A program made the position numbers and the translations under genes. A stretch of DNA of 64,000 bases from an uncultured Bacteroidales bacterium. Its GTDB lineage: Bacteria > Bacteroidota > Bacteroidia > Bacteroidales > Muribaculaceae. Where the stretch lies: assembly GCA_902784675.1 (NCBI GenBank), contig CACZVR010000003.1, positions 9,899 to 73,898 of the forward strand. The letters are read 5' to 3'. Positions 38,371 to 47,721 of the stretch are shown piece by piece (positions within the stretch are counted from its first letter, which is position 1; each line of letters begins with the position of its first letter). The notes under the pieces were generated by a model that saw only the letters and a list, made by a program, of their open reading frames with translations, had not been told where the DNA came from and made no database searches.

Positions 38371-38811
38371 ATGAGAAAGTACAGTTATTCATTGATGGTC
38401 ATGCTGCTGGCCTTGCTTACCGTTGGCTTTACCGCCTGTAGCGATGACGACGAGCCCAAGGGTGCTGACATCGTCGGGACCTGGCAATACAATCATCCTG
38501 ATGATGAAGAATATGATGATTATGATTTGTTTTATCAATTCACCAAAGACGGTAAGTTTCATCAAGTGTGGAAATCTCATGACGAATCTTATGGTTATGG
38601 CAAGAGCAATTTAATTGTTTTTCACGGAACATATACCGTATCGGGGACGAAGTTGATAGTCACCTACGACCACGACCCAGAGCCCGTCGAAGGCGAATAT
38701 TCTGTGCAGGGCGATAGACTGATGTTTCTCGGCGGAGATGAACCTACATACACCCGAGTGGATGACAGTGTGATAGAGCCCTATCTGAATGTAGTTCCTC
38801 ATCCTTGCTGA
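38371..38811 (+). CDS. Lipocalin-like lipoprotein
   Basis: FTACSDDDE lipobox, IVGTW, F..DG, GTY.V.G. Confidence 0.75.
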   Translation: MRKYSYSLMVMLLALLTVGFTACSDDDEPKGADIVGTWQYNHPDDEEYDDYDLFYQFTKDGKFHQVWKSHDESYGYGKSNLIVFHGTYTVSGTKLIVTYDHDPEPVEGEYSVQGDRLMFLGGDEPTYTRVDDSVIEPYLNVVPHPC

Positions 38812-38812
38812 C

Positions 38813-38860
38813 AAAAAAGCGTGTCCCTGCCGAGGTCCATCGGCGGGGACACGCTTTTTT
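38813..38860. terminator. Intrinsic terminator
   Basis: AAAAAAGCGTGTCCCTGCCGA / TCGGCGGGGACACGCTTTTTT. Confidence 0.9.
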
Positions 38861-38911
38861 AGCGTGTGGAAGTTGGCAGGTTTAAGTAAAAGGGCTACCT
38901 TTGCGACAACT

Positions 38912-39796
38912 ATGAATCGTGAGAAGGAAATCTATAAGGTGACGCTGGTGGGCAGTGCGGGTAATGTGGCACTGCTGACCTTCAAGTTCATTGCGGGCGT
39001 GATGGGCCACAGTTCGGCTATGATTGCCGATGCTGTACACTCGCTCTCGGACTTTATCACCGACGTCATCGTGCTTGCTTTTGTCCACGTGAGTGCCAAG
39101 CCGCAGGATGTGGACCATGACTACGGTCACGGCAAGTACGAGACCTTTGCCACCTTCATTATCGGTCTGGCACTGATTGCTGCCGCCACGGGCATTATCG
39201 TCTCGGGTGTGGCCAAACTCATCGATTGGGCGGGCGGCAAGCAATTGGAGGCCCCCGGGTGGGTTGCGCTGGCTGCCGCGATTGTGTCTCTCATCGTCAA
39301 GGAGGTGCTGTATCGTTACACGGTCGTCCAGGGCAAACGGCTTGAATCGCAGGCGCTGGTGGCCAACGCTTGGCACCACCGCAGCGATGCCTTCTCGTCG
39401 ATAGGAACGATGGTGGGCATCGGTGGCGCTATCCTGCTGGGCAACCGTTGGACCGTACTTGACCCGCTGGCCTCGGTTGTTGTGGGCATCATGCTGGTAA
39501 AGGTTTCCGTCAACTTGCTGCGTGGCAGTGTCGGCGAACTCACCGAGTCCTCGTTGTCGTCGGACATTGAAAAGGAAATCGAGGACATCATCTGCTCTTT
39601 CCCCGACGTGAGCGAACCGCACAACCTGCGCACACGTCGCATCGGCAACCGCTTTGCTATCGAAGCTCATGTGCGTATGGACGGCAATATACCGCTCACT
39701 GCCGCTCATGACCGTGCCACGGCCATTGAGGATGCGCTGCGAAAGCGTTTTGGCAAGCAGACTCATGTCACCATCCACATGGAACCGGTGAAGTGA
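38912..39796 (+). CDS. Cation diffusion facilitator transporter
   Basis: ADAVHSLSD, H.YGHGK.E, AWHHRSD, IHMEP. Confidence 0.95.
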   Translation: MNREKEIYKVTLVGSAGNVALLTFKFIAGVMGHSSAMIADAVHSLSDFITDVIVLAFVHVSAKPQDVDHDYGHGKYETFATFIIGLALIAAATGIIVSGVAKLIDWAGGKQLEAPGWVALAAAIVSLIVKEVLYRYTVVQGKRLESQALVANAWHHRSDAFSSIGTMVGIGGAILLGNRWTVLDPLASVVVGIMLVKVSVNLLRGSVGELTESSLSSDIEKEIEDIICSFPDVSEPHNLRTRRIGNRFAIEAHVRMDGNIPLTAAHDRATAIEDALRKRFGKQTHVTIHMEPVK

Positions 39797-39818
39797 ACTC
39801 AATACACCATGTCATAAA

Positions 39819-39855
39819 GCAAACGAGAAGCGGCACATTGCAGCTTCTCGTTTGT
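39819..39855. terminator. Bidirectional terminator
   Basis: CAAACGAGAAGC / GCTTCTCGTTTG between convergent genes. Confidence 0.75.
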
Positions 39856-39878
39856 TGTATAGACTTGGAACTTGTCCC

Positions 39879-40388
39879 TTAATCGTAGTTCAAGTTGTTG
39901 GCCTGTGAGTAGATGCCGTCCTTGGTCACCTTGAAGCCAGTGGACTTTCCGCTGTACTTTTCAAGTGTGCTCACAACTTTGTTCTTGGCAACGCCCGAAG
40001 CGTCAAAGATGGTAACCTCATTGGCGTAGCTGGAGCCTTTGCTGGTCCTGCCGTTGAATTGCAGTTTGCAGGTGAGGTCATATTTGTCTTTGATCAATTC
40101 AGCGTCGGACTTGGTGCTGAATTTATACATCACGCCAAACTCGGCAGGAAACTTGTCGCTGGTGACGGTCTTGGTCCACCAGGTTGAGGTGATAGCTTCC
40201 ATGACGTTGCGGCCGTTCTCGGCCTTGTAGGTGATGAACACGTTGCACGCTTCAAGCAGGTCCTGCGAGAAGAACATGGTGTAGGTGGCGGTTGCCGTGA
40301 TCTTGTCTTTGGGCTCGTCGCTGCCGCATGAGGTCATCATTAAGACAGCCACGATCAGCAAGGTTGCTACATGAAAAAACTTTTTCAT
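39879..40388 (-). CDS. Hypothetical lipoprotein
   Basis: Own start MKKFF with lipobox MTSC, inside the 302-aa track ORF. Confidence 0.8.
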   Translation of the reverse strand: MKKFFHVATLLIVAVLMMTSCGSDEPKDKITATATYTMFFSQDLLEACNVFITYKAENGRNVMEAITSTWWTKTVTSDKFPAEFGVMYKFSTKSDAELIKDKYDLTCKLQFNGRTSKGSSYANEVTIFDASGVAKNKVVSTLEKYSGKSTGFKVTKDGIYSQANNLNYD

Positions 40389-40408
40389 CGTTCTTGGGGA
40401 TTTTTGAA

Positions 40409-40787
40409 TTAGTTGCCTAAAATGATTTTGATGACGGCATTGATGTCGCCGAAGCATCGGCCCCAGCCAGTAGTCATACTGAGGGTCATCGCCTGCGGTA
40501 ATCATGACAGACTCGTTATAGACGATGGTGGTGTAGCCAAACTCGTCGGTGCCGGTAACGCCGGTCACCTCAATATTGCCCACGGGAACGCTCTCGCCCT
40601 CCGAAATGAGCGCGAAGTTCTTCAGGCTCAAGTCATAGCTGCCGTTGTTGTTGGTGACATCAACTTTCACTTGATCCTGTTCCGATACAGTTCCGTTCAC
40701 CACAACCTTCAAGTGGCAGGTATAGGTGGTGGCATTCAATGCCATGGCGCAGCACAGGGCTGCCAGAATTGCTAATGTCTGTTTCAT
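40409..40787 (-). pseudogene. Secreted calycin-like protein with dockerin tail, internally deleted and frameshifted
   Basis: Sensible protein up to WLGPML; another frame then gives the dockerin-like end GDINAVIKIILGN-stop at 40409. Confidence 0.7.
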
Positions 40788-40824
40788 GTTCTTATGAGTG
40801 ATTATGTTGATTTATCAATGTTGA

Positions 40825-42309
40825 TTAGTGGGAGAGCAGGTAGTTGATCAGTGCAGTCAGGTCATCCATGCCCACGGTAGTGCTGCCGTCAACATCGGCG
40901 TTAGCCATGTTGATGCCGTCGCTGTTGCTGGTCAACAGGTAGTTGATCAGTGCGGTCAGGTCATCCATGCCGATGATTTGGTCGCCGTCAACATCGCCAG
41001 GCAGTACATCGTTGACAACGGTTGCATTGATGATGTAGGCAGTAGCGGTCTGCAAGTCGCCCGAGATAACGCTGATGACGATGCGGTAACTGCCGTCGGC
41101 ATTCTGCTCCATCGACTTGGTGACAACGGCGCTGGCGCCCTCGATGGTGGCGGTGAAGTCATCCAGGTTGGGCTCACCGGAGATTTCCATGCTGTAGGTC
41201 GTCACAGCGGGATTCCAGTCCGTGATGGTCGTGCCCTTGTAGCGCAAGTCGGTCATGTTGCCCAGATAAACCAGTTCCATGTCGTCGACATAGAGGGCAT
41301 CGTTCTTGTTGCCCTGGCCAGGGTTGCCGTTGGTCGAGAAGGTGACGAAGATGGCCTCGCTGGCTGCATTGTTGGCAGCATAGCTGTCATAGTCGAAGGG
41401 AAACGAATACTGTGTCCAGTCACCAGCCGGAATCTGGCCGCCCACGATGCTGCCCGACAAGTTGGTATAAACTTGGTTGTCAGGCTCCTGATAATAGGTG
41501 CCGTCAAAGGTCTTCACGCTCACACTGGCCTTGTTGTTTGCATTGGCGTTGGTGCACTTTAACCAGACGTTGAATTTGTCAGGCTTGGCATACAGGGGCA
41601 TATAGAATTCGTCGGTGCCATTGGCATTGTCCATTTCGGCATGGTTAGCATAGCTTGTTGCATCCCATGAGTTGGCCATGAGTTGACCATTAGTCATGGT
41701 GCCATTGGCAATAGTACCAATCACAGGCACTTGACCTGCAGTTATTACTGCACTATAAGAACCAGTCGCATTGGGGTGCAAGTCTGTACTCTGTTCCAAC
41801 TTTGCATAGCTTGCCGAAGCACCGGCAAAGGTGCCGCCAGCTGTCTTGAAGCCGTGCCAGCGGTCGGGCTCGCCTTTGTCGTTGGTCCATGCTTCCAGGT
41901 CGCTGTTGGGCAATTGGAAGTGATCGCCCACGGTGTTGAACCACATGGTGGTGTTGTATGCAGGAATAGCAACGTCGGCAGCCATCATTCCGTCGGTGGC
42001 GCGAGCAAACAAGACGGTGTACATCGTTCCGAACATGGTGCTCACGTTGCGCTCGGCGCTATAGACCGTGATGTCGCCGGTAGTAGTGGCAGGCACGTCA
42101 TTCATGTTCAGGGTCAGGTTCATTCCCATGAAGGGAACCGCCAAAGTCAACTTGTTCAGTCCATTGCTCTGCTGCTGCACCGTCACGGTAGCAGTTTCAG
42201 TGTTGGTCTGTCCGTTTCGTGTCACGAGGATAGGTCCCGTGTAACTTTGGGCATTGAGGGCCATAGAGGCTGTCAGTGCCACGAAAAGTGCGATAATTGT
42301 CTTCTTCAT
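40825..42309 (-). CDS. Secreted PCMD-like protein with C-terminal dockerin type I repeat
   Basis: Signal MKKTII; LPNSDLEAW..LYVDDMELVY; GDVDGD..MDDLTALINYLL twice. Confidence 0.8.
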   Translation of the reverse strand: MKKTIIALFVALTASMALNAQSYTGPILVTRNGQTNTETATVTVQQQSNGLNKLTLAVPFMGMNLTLNMNDVPATTTGDITVYSAERNVSTMFGTMYTVLFARATDGMMAADVAIPAYNTTMWFNTVGDHFQLPNSDLEAWTNDKGEPDRWHGFKTAGGTFAGASASYAKLEQSTDLHPNATGSYSAVITAGQVPVIGTIANGTMTNGQLMANSWDATSYANHAEMDNANGTDEFYMPLYAKPDKFNVWLKCTNANANNKASVSVKTFDGTYYQEPDNQVYTNLSGSIVGGQIPAGDWTQYSFPFDYDSYAANNAASEAIFVTFSTNGNPGQGNKNDALYVDDMELVYLGNMTDLRYKGTTITDWNPAVTTYSMEISGEPNLDDFTATIEGASAVVTKSMEQNADGSYRIVISVISGDLQTATAYIINATVVNDVLPGDVDGDQIIGMDDLTALINYLLTSNSDGINMANADVDGSTTVGMDDLTALINYLLSH

Positions 42310-42344
42310 TTTAAAATAATAAATGTTTTTTTTATTTGATGTTT

Positions 42345-43094
42345 TTATTTGATGCGGTAGATGATGCCCAGTGTGCCGTAGAGCGGGCGCAGCGTTTCCA
42401 CCGAGTGGAAGTTGCTTTTGAACAGTCCGCTCAAGCCATAGGTGAGTTCGGCAAACGCACCCCAATGGCGGCTGAACTGGCAGTCGGCACCCACATCGAG
42501 TCCCCACTGCATGTGGCGCATGTTGGAGTCGAACTCAAAGTCGCCGCGTTCGCCAGGTTCGGTACCCATCTCAATCTTGGGACCGACGGGCGTTCCCTCG
42601 CGCAGATAGCCGTCATAGGCCCATCCCCAAAAGCGACGGTTGGTGAGCCATCCCATGAACACGCCGCCGCGCAAGCGCCATTGCTCATTGATGGCAAATG
42701 CAGCCTGGATGGGCAAGGTGATGCGACGTTGCGCGCTCTTGATGCGCACATTGCCGTTGAAAATGCCATCGAGGGACTCTTCACCGCGCACTACCTCGAT
42801 GTCGTAATTCTTCACACGGGCATCCACGTCCATGCTTCCCAATTCAAAGCGCAATCCCGAGTGAATGGCCCAGCGCTCGCTGATCGGATAGGACGCTTCG
42901 GCGGCAATGGTGAAGTTGAAACCGGGATTGTAACTGTTGAGGTGGCGTATCTTGTTGTCCACATGGGTGGGCACTGTGCCTCCAAGCTCATAGCCGACCC
43001 TAGCGTCGAACCTGAGGTCGTCGAACACTGTGGCTTGCAAGCCCAGAACGGTGCATGCCGTGAATACTATAGAAAATAATGTCTTGAGTCTCAT
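42345..43094 (-). CDS. Outer-membrane beta-barrel (PorT/porin family)
   Basis: Signal peptide, amphipathic strands, GYLREGTP.G.K, terminal LGIIYRI. Confidence 0.8.
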   Translation of the reverse strand: MRLKTLFSIVFTACTVLGLQATVFDDLRFDARVGYELGGTVPTHVDNKIRHLNSYNPGFNFTIAAEASYPISERWAIHSGLRFELGSMDVDARVKNYDIEVVRGEESLDGIFNGNVRIKSAQRRITLPIQAAFAINEQWRLRGGVFMGWLTNRRFWGWAYDGYLREGTPVGPKIEMGTEPGERGDFEFDSNMRHMQWGLDVGADCQFSRHWGAFAELTYGLSGLFKSNFHSVETLRPLYGTLGIIYRIK

Positions 43095-43120
43095 GTTGCT
43101 TTTTCCCTCCTCGTTTTTTC

Positions 43121-44213
43121 TTATTCTTCTCGGGAACAGATGAGTCGCACCATGTCAACGCACAGGCGGCTGCCGATAGCACCCACAAAGTCACCGCCCC
43201 GTCGGCTCGACGAGAAAACGATGGCCAGGCTGTAGCCTCGGTTTGCAAGCAATTGCTCATCGATGTCCTCTCGATAGACAAACTCCACATCCCATGCCGT
43301 CCAGGTCGTCGTCGGGGCGACATAACCCAGGTTGGCTACGGCAACGATCTGGCTGCTCGACAGCACGTTGTCGCCGTAGAGCACCACCTCGTTGCCTGCA
43401 GCGTCATGGTTGCGGTAGAAGACGGCATACACATCGGCCGAGTCGGTGCGCTCGGCTATCGGGTTTCCGTAGAAGTCCTGAACCGTGGGGCCAGGTTCGT
43501 AGGTGTAGTAGCCGGTGAATCGGTCAGGGCGATCGGTGAATGGGAGACCGAAGCGTGTGGCATGCAAGTGGTCGCTCATCGCGATGCTGATGTCAAAGGT
43601 GCCCAGGAACATGTTGCCGGCTGCCGAGCGGTGTAGTGGGGTAGTCCATGGGCTGCGCCGAGCTCATCGAGATGCGATAGCCGGCATTGGCGGTTGCCCA
43701 GTCATTGCCCAGCGAGCCGTCGGCTGTCACGTTGTGCCAGGTGTAGTACCGTTGATTGGCTGTCTCCAACTCAAAGTGCTCAAAGTCAAATCGCAAGGTG
43801 TCGGCCACAACCTGCATCGTGGGGATGACGCTCACCGTGTAGCAGCGGCTCCATTTGCCGTCTTGAGAGGTGACGGTGTACTTAACTGGACCGTCGCTGA
43901 AGTCGTGGGTACTGCCGTTGGCAGGCGAGATGCTGGCTTGGGGCGAGAGCGTGAACTCTGGGCTCAAGCTTGTCACATCGGCGTCGCCGCGCACCGTGAA
44001 GACGATGGCGGTGTCGGTCGAGAATACCACTTGTGTCGAGTCTGTCGCCTGGAAGAAGAACGACGTCGGGTCGGCAACATGCAGGGTTGCAGTCTCGATG
44101 TCGGCCTCGCAACACTCCGGTTCGTCCAGACAGGATGCGTTCATCACTGCCATGAGAGCCGTAAAAGTTGCGATAACAGACAAATGTAAATAGCGTTTGT
44201 TGTTACCAGTCAT
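43121..44213 (-). pseudogene. PCMD-domain lipoprotein split by deletion/frameshift
   Basis: N-part (lipobox ASC..WATAN.GY..YPT) and C-part (AAGNMFLG.F..T.FG.PF..VFSSS..G..F.GA.GS.L.VD) lie in different frames joined at ~43627. Confidence 0.8.
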
Positions 44214-44519
44214 TATACCATTGCTTATTCAAAACTGCAAAATTACGCAAATTCTAAATAGCGCAAGCACTTTTCGCCAGTTTTTATTGAAAATTAAACC
44301 TTACAAGTGCCTTTATGAGTGCTTTATTGCCGTGATGGCTGCATTGCCAGGGATAAAACTTCACCGTTGGCTTGCTTACGGCAATTCAGTGATTTTTGTG
44401 GTTTCTTGTTGCTGATTAAAAATAAATAGTTAACTTTGTGGGCTTGAATCAAGGGTTGGGTTTCTCGTCTATTTAATAGAAAATGAGAATCTCAATGGCA
44501 TGAATTAAGACACTTGATA

Positions 44520-46526
44520 ATGGAAAAACTGATAAATAAAATACTTGAACTGAGGATATTCAGGGCATTCAAAGTTCGAACGACTCCACGATGGATTATT
44601 TTGTTGCTCGATATGCTCATTGTCATGACCAGCTATGTTGCCACAGTTGTGGCTGGCATATACTCTCAACACACGGTGACTGCTCCTCTCAGCATTCTGT
44701 ATAACGGTTTTATCGTTTTCATGGTGTATTTTCTGGTTACCTATGTGTCAAAGAGTTACACATGGGTGATACGCATGTCGGTCATCGAGGACCTCTACCG
44801 CGTGTTCATGGTCATTGCGGTTTCCACATTGCTGCTGGTAGTGCTAAACGCGGGGCGTTTGGTGCTGTTTGGTGTGGTATTCCTAAAATTCTGGGACATC
44901 CTGGTCATTGGTGCCGTGTCGTTTTCAATGATGATGATCGAGCGCCTGTGCATCAAGTATCTGTATATGCGCATGAACAGCGCTACCGAGGGGCGCAAAC
45001 GCGTGCTTGTATTGGGAACATCGTTTGGCTCGGTTTTCCTGGCCAATGCACTCAAGGGAGAGATTGGCGGTAAATATTTGCCAGTTGGCCTGCTCAGCAT
45101 CAAACCCAATGAAGAACGTGACGAAATCAACGGTTTGAAGGTCTACATCTATGACCCGACCCGTATGAACGAGTTGTTTGAGAAAAACGATATCGACGCC
45201 CTTATCTTTGACTCCAAGAGTGACAACCTGATGAACAGCGGCTTTGCCGACTACTTCATCAAGAACGACATCCCCTTGTTGACGATGAACAAGGTGGCCG
45301 AGTTCGAGCAGAACGGGAACAAAGATGAGAAAACAGGTATCTCCACCTACGTTAAGGAGGTGCAGATCGAGGACCTGCTGGGTCGTCCGCCCATCGTGCT
45401 TGACAATCCGCTGGTGAGTCAGCACATCAAGGGCTCGTGTGTGATGATTACGGGTGCTTGCGGTTCCATCGGCAGCGAAATTGTGCGCCAGGTGGCCAAC
45501 TATGGTGCCAGCAAGATCATTCTGTTCGACCAGGCCGAGACGCCCATGCATGACGTTTCGCTTGAGATGAAGAAAGATCATCCCGATGCCGATATCGAAT
45601 TGTTCATGGGTGATGTCCGCAACCGTGAGCGCCTTGAGGAGGCCTTCAGCAAGTTCCGTCCCTGCTATGTGTTCCATGCTGCGGCCTACAAGCATGTGCC
45701 CATGATGGAAATCAACCCCACCGAGGCCATTATTGCCAATGTCATGGGTACGCGCAACGTGGCCGACTTGGCACTGAAATATGACGTCTATAAGTTTGTG
45801 ATGATTTCCACCGACAAGGCTGTCAATCCCACCAATGTCATGGGCTGCACCAAGCGTTTGGCCGAGATTTACTGCCAGTCGCTGTTCTTTGATGCGCAGA
45901 AGCACGGCAAAAAGACGCAGTTCATCACCACGCGTTTCGGTAACGTGCTGGGCAGCAACGGTTCGGTGATTCCGCTGTTCCGCAAGCAGATTGCTGCCGG
46001 CGGTCCCGTGACTGTGACTCACAAGGACATCATCCGTTACTTCATGACCATCCCCGAGGCTTGCTCGCTCGTGCTTGAGGCTGGCTGTATGGGTAGCGGT
46101 GGTGAAATCTACATCTTTGATATGGGTGCTCCTGTCAAGATCTATGACATGGCGCGTCGCATGATTTCGTTGGCCGGCCTCAAGCCCGATGTTGACATTA
46201 AGATCAAGGAAATCGGTCTGCGCCCCGGTGAGAAACTCTATGAGGAACTGCTCAATGACGCCGAGCAAGTGACAGCGACAATCAACAAGAAAATCATGAT
46301 TGCCAAGGTGAAGACCTATGATTATCGCGACGTGTGCGAAAATGTTGACAAAATCGTCGACCTGGCCCACAAGGGCGACGTGCACGGCATGATTTTCGCC
46401 ATGAAGCAGTTCGTGCCTGAATACAAGAGCCAGCAAAGCCGCTTCGAGGCTATTGACAAGGAAATTGAGAATACCGCATCTCCAAGCGATGCGGCATTGA
46501 AGAATCATCAGCCTACAGCCGAATAA
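44520..46526 (+). CDS. Membrane-bound nucleotide-sugar 4,6-dehydratase (CapD/PglF family)
   Basis: 4 TM, EDLLGR, TGA.GSIGSE, HAAAYKHVP, STDKAV, RFGNVLGS. Confidence 0.95.
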   Translation: MEKLINKILELRIFRAFKVRTTPRWIILLLDMLIVMTSYVATVVAGIYSQHTVTAPLSILYNGFIVFMVYFLVTYVSKSYTWVIRMSVIEDLYRVFMVIAVSTLLLVVLNAGRLVLFGVVFLKFWDILVIGAVSFSMMMIERLCIKYLYMRMNSATEGRKRVLVLGTSFGSVFLANALKGEIGGKYLPVGLLSIKPNEERDEINGLKVYIYDPTRMNELFEKNDIDALIFDSKSDNLMNSGFADYFIKNDIPLLTMNKVAEFEQNGNKDEKTGISTYVKEVQIEDLLGRPPIVLDNPLVSQHIKGSCVMITGACGSIGSEIVRQVANYGASKIILFDQAETPMHDVSLEMKKDHPDADIELFMGDVRNRERLEEAFSKFRPCYVFHAAAYKHVPMMEINPTEAIIANVMGTRNVADLALKYDVYKFVMISTDKAVNPTNVMGCTKRLAEIYCQSLFFDAQKHGKKTQFITTRFGNVLGSNGSVIPLFRKQIAAGGPVTVTHKDIIRYFMTIPEACSLVLEAGCMGSGGEIYIFDMGAPVKIYDMARRMISLAGLKPDVDIKIKEIGLRPGEKLYEELLNDAEQVTATINKKIMIAKVKTYDYRDVCENVDKIVDLAHKGDVHGMIFAMKQFVPEYKSQQSRFEAIDKEIENTASPSDAALKNHQPTAE

Positions 46527-46555
46527 ACATTTAACAGTCTAAAGCCAAGGATAAA

Positions 46556-46592
46556 ATGAGCCGGAATCCACTTGAGTGGGCTCCGGCTCATG
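46556..46592. terminator. Bidirectional terminator
   Basis: ATGAGCCGGA..CCAC / GTGG..TCCGGCTCAT. Confidence 0.8.
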
Positions 46593-46620
46593 ATTTTTTA
46601 TCAGTGTTCAGTTGACAGGA

Positions 46621-47196
46621 CTAATACTTGACGATGTGGTAATCTTCGCGAGGACGCCATTCACGGGTCAGGATCCACATGATGCCCACAGCCAGCACAA
46701 TAGTGATGATGACCATCATGGACATCATCGACCAGTTGACCATGCGGCCCTGGGTAGCATAGAAGATGTCTTCATAGTTATAGATGTTCATGTCCTTGGC
46801 AATGTTGTAGTCAAATTTCCACACCGCCGTCTTGGTGAAAGGAATGAGTGACATGGCGGCATAGCTGGTGATGGTGCCCAGACGTCCGCGGTAATTGCCC
46901 AAAAACTTGCGGAATCCCTCGGCCACAAAACCCAGAATGAAGCATCCGAGTGCCAAAACTTCATGTCCTTGACCGAAGAGGAAGTTGAGCAAGAGCAACA
47001 ACACGGCACACAGCATGGCGAGGCCAGGCAAGGGATATCGCTCGCACAATTTGTAATAGGGCCATGCGGCCAATACTGCTGCTGGCACAGCACTATAGGT
47101 CCACGCATAGGGGTGTAGGAATCCCAGGAGTTCCACAACGAAGAATGCCAGCACATACAGTAGGGCAAGGCCTACCAGTTTTAAAGCTTTTTCCAT
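46621..47196 (-). CDS. Multi-pass membrane protein (MptD/ECF S-component-like)
   Basis: About 6 hydrophobic helices, G..AE...G.Y motif. Confidence 0.6.
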   Translation of the reverse strand: MEKALKLVGLALLYVLAFFVVELLGFLHPYAWTYSAVPAAVLAAWPYYKLCERYPLPGLAMLCAVLLLLLNFLFGQGHEVLALGCFILGFVAEGFRKFLGNYRGRLGTITSYAAMSLIPFTKTAVWKFDYNIAKDMNIYNYEDIFYATQGRMVNWSMMSMMVIITIVLAVGIMWILTREWRPREDYHIVKY

Positions 47197-47370
47197 ATTT
47201 TAGGGCTATTATTTGCTATTTTGCGGCAAAAATACATTATTCTTGTTGAAACTACAACTAAAAAAAGTAATTAATTGCTTTTTTTTTACATAAAGCAGTA
47301 ATCATGGCCTTTGGCGAGTTGTTCTGTGGGGCTTGCTGTAGATTAGGAAAAATATTGTACCTTTGTCGCG

Positions 47371-47721
47371 GTGAAGATAGTCAGGACGTCTATATTACCG
47401 TTCAAGGGATTCACAGCAATTAATTTGCTGGGAATGCTTTTTGTGCACCCTGGGGTGTACCTGAGCGATGAGTTGATGAATCATGAGCGCATCCACACGG
47501 CTCAACAGCGCGAGATGCTTTTTGTGTTCTTCTACCTCGCCTATTTCCTGGAATGGATGGTAAGACTGCCCATGCGTGGCAATGCCTACCGCAATATCTC
47601 GTTTGAGCGTGAGGCCTATGCCAATCAACGCAACCTTGACTATCTGAAGCATCGCAAGCTGTATGCTTGGCGCAATTACATGAAACGTTCATCTTTCAAA
47701 CGCAAGAAACATTCAAAATGA
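47371..47721 (+). CDS. Conserved hypothetical protein with HExxH motif
   Basis: NHERIH..QQ.E, AY.NISFEREAY; GTG start. Confidence 0.75.
   Translation: MKIVRTSILPFKGFTAINLLGMLFVHPGVYLSDELMNHERIHTAQQREMLFVFFYLAYFLEWMVRLPMRGNAYRNISFEREAYANQRNLDYLKHRKLYAWRNYMKRSSFKRKKHSK

Noticed and set aside
39879-40787. 302-aa ORF as one real protein
   Set aside because: Contains an internal signal peptide with lipobox and a nonsense linker; explained by a deletion fusion
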